Assembly (NCBI GenBank): GCA_964016885.1
Contig: OZ024758.1
Coordinates: 21,142,001-21,206,000 of the forward strand
Length of the DNA: 64,000 bases
Source: Eledone cirrhosa
Taxonomy: Eukaryota
Direction of reading: 5' to 3'
Shown here: piece after piece, positions 59,356 to 64,000 of the stretch
Numbering within the stretch: position 1 is the stretch's first letter
How the letters are laid out: each line of letters starts with the position of its first letter
Position numbers and translations under genes: made by a program
Notes under the pieces: generated by a model
What the model was told of the DNA's origin: nothing
Databases searched by the model: none
What the model saw: only the letters and a program-made list of their open reading frames with translations

Positions 59356-62300
59356 TATTATCAATATCGTCTGTTATTAAAGTTGAACCTTAAACAATAA
59401 TAGTTGTTTTATTGCGCGATTCCTGTCTGTATACCATACCTAATCTTTTAAAGAATGTTTCTAATCCTTGCTCTATCGGTTACAACGAGTATTCTATTTT
59501 ATAGAATATTGTTGTAAATATGTAATTAGTATTTCAAAACGTAGATGTTTGAGCTTCAAATAAGAACTATCTAATTATGTTTTTGATCTAATAACGAATA
59601 TAAAAGGCAGCAGTTAAGATATATTGCTTCATAGACACGTACATGTTCTAGTAATGTGTTTAGATCTTAATTGAACGAATAAAGTACACAAGTGTGGTTC
59701 TATTTTGAATTACTTTAATACACTCGTCCTAGTTAATACATCTACTTCAATACTACATGCAACATGTTAATGTGTACAGAAATTCAATTTAAGTAATAAT
59801 ATTATGAGCTCAGTATGTAATGGTTTGAGCTGAACTAAAATTTAAACTTGTTTTACTTATCTTACAAGAGATACTATACTTATTTAAATTCAATTGAAAG
59901 CGTTGATGATATGAATCTATATGAATTATGTACAATTATCATGTGTTTACTGCATTTAAACAAATATAAAATCAGAACATTCTTATTAAGTATAGATATT
60001 CTAGTAACGTAAACTTACCAAAACCTCGTTATACGTTTCTCCATGGTATGCATTATATGGGTACAGTAAACTATCACACTTGTTACCATTAGTCTCTTTT
60101 TCAATGTATTAGAAAATCTGCTACACATTTCTATACATTTGTGAAAGGAAAAACATTCAGTGTTTGCAATTAATATACTTAATTAAGTACTGTATTTAAT
60201 TTCGATTAACATTAGCCGCACGTGTCAAATATATTCAAATCGGAAACGATGTTCTATTATGCAAGTAGCTTGACTGAAATCATCCAATCACAAAGTATTT
60301 CACACATATGTACAAGTTCTAGAATTTATAGTCTTGCGGAAACGTGATTAAGTTACATTTCTTCTTTTCTCCACAAAAATGTTTTATATAGTAATTTATT
60401 CCTGTATTATCCGTTTAATTCCTTTAATACATTTACTTTCAGCAAATAATCGGTATAATATAAAGTTATCCTGGCAGAATTCCACTAAATTTATAAGTGC
60501 AAATCATATAGGAAGGAGACACTTTATATGATTTCAAAAGTTGATTTATTTGGTTAATATGAAAGTGCTGGTAAAACATTACTTCATCATAATTACATAG
60601 TATATTTTAAATCTTATATAAAGATTTTCCCTTAGTGTTATTTCTTTAAAAAAGTATAGTATACGTATATATGAAGCTATAAAAAGATGTCGACTCAGTT
60701 ACGTATACCTCTTACCCTACTTGATCTATTCAAATTGGTTTAATGTTTTGTAACAGTATGATTATTTTATATACTTTATATACTATGATTGTTGTATATT
60801 CAAAATATAATGCTTTCTTTCTTTATTTATTAACCACAAGGGTTTAAAATATAATAACTGGGCATAATAGGAATAAAGGGAGACGTCTATGTATGTGCAA
60901 CGATATATTACAGATGTTTGAATCGTTTTTAATTCAGTATGTACAAACATGTATGTAATACCGGTCTGGATATTCAATTTAATATCTGCAATCATGTCTA
61001 ACAAATTGAAATTATTAGTTGAGCTTTGTTATGTTTCGTTACTTGTATTGTTTTAGAAATGCAACCTCAGTTGGAATACAACATAATAATTTGTGAAAGG
61101 AGATTACAGGTCCATCAAAGGTTTCGCCATACTACCTCTTAATATTAACTCAGCTGGGACAAGAAAAGTATCACACATTATCTACTTCCATTACAAGGCC
61201 CTCATTATTTACGAAAATGTGTACACATTAATTCTGAATGCTTTGGGCTAAAGATATATAACACATTAATATCATATCATAATTTTAAAATGTTCTTTCA
61301 CACAGCATATTTCAAATAAAATACAGAAGTTGAATACATTTTATTCTTTCGAAACGTGAAGATAATTATGAGGTTTTGAAAAGATACTCTGATAGCTACA
61401 GTAATAATGAGGATAGAAACATTATAAGATAAAGCAACAAATGATAATGCACATTTATTCCCATTTCAAAGTAGTTATAGTAGTGTTGTGAATATGATCA
61501 AATTATTTCATAGCCTCAAATATAGGGTTGAGGGATTTCATTTTTCCCAGACAACCGTTTCTAAGTGACACAGAACATTATAATGCTGTATTTTTTATTA
61601 TAACTTTCTCTCTTACGATTACTGTCATTAATTATTCATGAAACAGTACTTAATTTGTGAACTCAAGGATCCATGCAACTCATGCATAAATCCGGTTGCT
61701 TTAGTTTTAAATACGCTACGGTTAATGTCTAAAGAAGATAGCCGACAGGAATTATTTCAGGACAGTGTCCTGCATAGTAAATTGAAACACACTAGCCTAC
61801 CGCATATCTAATATAGTTAACTAAAGTGTAGCGATTAACTGAAGTTATTCATGAATTAGAATAACGAAATTACTTCTAGCGGAAACTAGAAGGAAGGGAG
61901 ATAAATGCAATATCATTAACAAAATGAAATTCATGTAAAGTATTCACTATACGAATGAAAAGGAAACTTGCTTTGGAAACCATTTGGAGATGGCAATTAA
62001 AAGTGTTACTGCTACAAACCTTACACACCGTCAGTGAACCCTTACACACCGTCAGTGAATCATACCACACTGTCTTGGCACCATACGATAGTCTTAATAC
62101 ATCTTAAACACAAATGCCTTGGGCGTCACATTTTCCAAAATGAATATTATTGGCAATGTTTTATTTTTGGATTATATGAATTCATATAGTGAGGCTCCAT
62201 CTCTTAATTCCATGCATACATTTTCATAATGGCTATTTTGCAGTTAAGCGTATTACATATGTGTGTTCCTACTATTTAGTACGCAGAATGTTCCTCAGAG

Positions 62301-63779
62301 TTATTTCCCATCAAACATGTTGAAATCGCTACTATTTATATTTGAAGTCTTCCTTGAGGCATCAGATGACGGTTTTCCTGGAGGAAAGGGACACGGCTAT
62401 TAATAAGAACATTTGAATTTAATGCATGAACTATTTCACAGGTCTAGCATTCCTCGTTCATGGGAAGCTTGTGAGCTTTTAAGACCTTAAATAGGATTCA
62501 AACCTGGCATAACATTCTGAGAGAGAAATATACAATGAACTGCTTGCTCTACAATTGCTAATAACTGAAATGTAAAACCTTGTATCCACATTTTCAATAA
62601 CAAGTAGTGATTCGATCAGTGTATGAACTGCTTACCGATTTTAAGTTATATTAATGACATACACATTTATTATATTGCTAAATTTAATAAACAACTAGAA
62701 AAGAATTAAATGTTTAAGTTATTTCTTTCATAAAATCTTTGACTTGCTCGAAAGTATTGACTAAATTCATATTTTTTGTGTTCTTTTTCTTTTGTATCTC
62801 ATTTAAAATGTTGAACCCAATTGAATTTTAACCGGAAATGTTCCGACGTGCCAGAAAATATATTTAAAGCTGCTCTCTTCCAGTTTTCAATTTAAACAAA
62901 AAATGTAAATACATTAAGAGTTTTCTTCTAATTTTCTGATCTAAAGAACCTCTTCGACAATGAAATTTGAAAGTTTCAGGAACTGAATTATTCAAATGTG
63001 AAATTTTATATAATTCCTTTTGTTTAAAAATTCAAGAGTTATTCCTCTCCGATATTCATCTTTGATTTTCAAATCTTTTATTGTTAAAGCGGTGAGTATG
63101 TATTTATTTTATGTATTAACTTCTTGTAATTTACATTTTATTTCTCATACATTTATTTATTGGTTCATGTATAATACTTTTGTTTCTTTTCTTTTAATTC
63201 TCTGAATGAATTGCAAAATACGACGAAGTGTAAATGCCACGCAATTCATCCAATCAGGACTCGTTAATACGAAACATAGTATTCTGTTTGTTTTCGTTTT
63301 TTTTTTTATTCAAACTTGTAACTTATTGTTTTCATTACCAGATTATTTCAAATACTCTAAACGAATTGGATCCCCTTTATAACGCGAATAGCGAGAATTA
63401 TAAACGAGAAGTCTCTGAACATTTGTAAAAATAAAGTATGGAGTGAATGTAGAAAATTTAAAAGAATAGTTTCCTATATATGTTGATTACACCCGTAATT
63501 GCATGTCGTTTACTATGTCCTGATTAAAGAAAGGAAGAAGGAATACATACCTGAAAAGTCACCTTAACTTTTGACATAGTCGTAGGTGCGTGACTTGGCT
63601 ATTTCAAATCTGAGGGACACCATCCATATCCAGGTAGGAACAAAACTGAATTAATACTCAGAAAGGGAAAGAGTCCATAGGATTAGATGCATTACATAGG
63701 GATACAGTCACAAAATACATATATATTCCCTCTTTGTCAGAATATAATAAGCTTCTTCTATAAATATTTAAATCGCAAA

Positions 63780-64000
63780 TCCAAACTCCATGGTCTTCTT
63801 ACTACTGTTGGAAAAAATCTTCCATGGTTGACCACCACGGTCTCCTATATCCGGCCATGTGAGGAGGAAGTATCGGGTCAGATAATCACGCGCTCTGGAC
63901 TTTGTTCACCCTATGATTATTCCCCCTGCCTTGGTGTCCACTTTGTTATTCTTATAGTCTAACTGTTGTTTCCAAAACGAGAGACATGGCCATCCCATCT
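63780..64000 (-). mobile_element. Decayed RTE-like LINE 3' fragment running off the window end
   Basis: Minus strand: RWDGHVSRFGNNS*TIRITKWTPR, resembling the RTE motif WAGHV.R..DNRWT.RV.EW.PR. Confidence 0.55.

Noticed and set aside
63545-63660. Possible minus-strand exon with a CAG|GTATGT donor (MSKVKVTFQ, superficially UFM1-like)
   Set aside because: Nine residues only, does not match the UFM1 continuation, and no partner exons found

Overview
AT-rich eukaryotic (animal) DNA made almost entirely of repeats. The (TA)n density and the SINE family suggest an octopod cephalopod, but that is inference. No host protein-coding gene is supportable; the long 'IYIY/CVCV/HTHT' ORFs are translated microsatellites. 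The window holds about 25 copies of a ~190-bp tRNA-derived SINE, decayed LINE fragments (R4/Dong-like, Tx1/L1-like, RTE-like, possibly CR1), 28-bp and 46-bp minisatellites and kb-scale (TA)n tracts. The main signal is a dense set of Penelope-like element (PLE) remnants from several families. These include two GIY-YIG C-terminal fragments and about a dozen minimal type-I hammerhead ribozyme (HHR) motifs, some with non-canonical cores. Many short fold-back cassettes share the layout (TA)n-inverted tail-small hairpin-HHR-tail-(TA)n. One nested 1.1-kb palindrome appears to have duplicated neighbouring repeats in inverted orientation. Coordinates were read by eye and may be off by a few bases.
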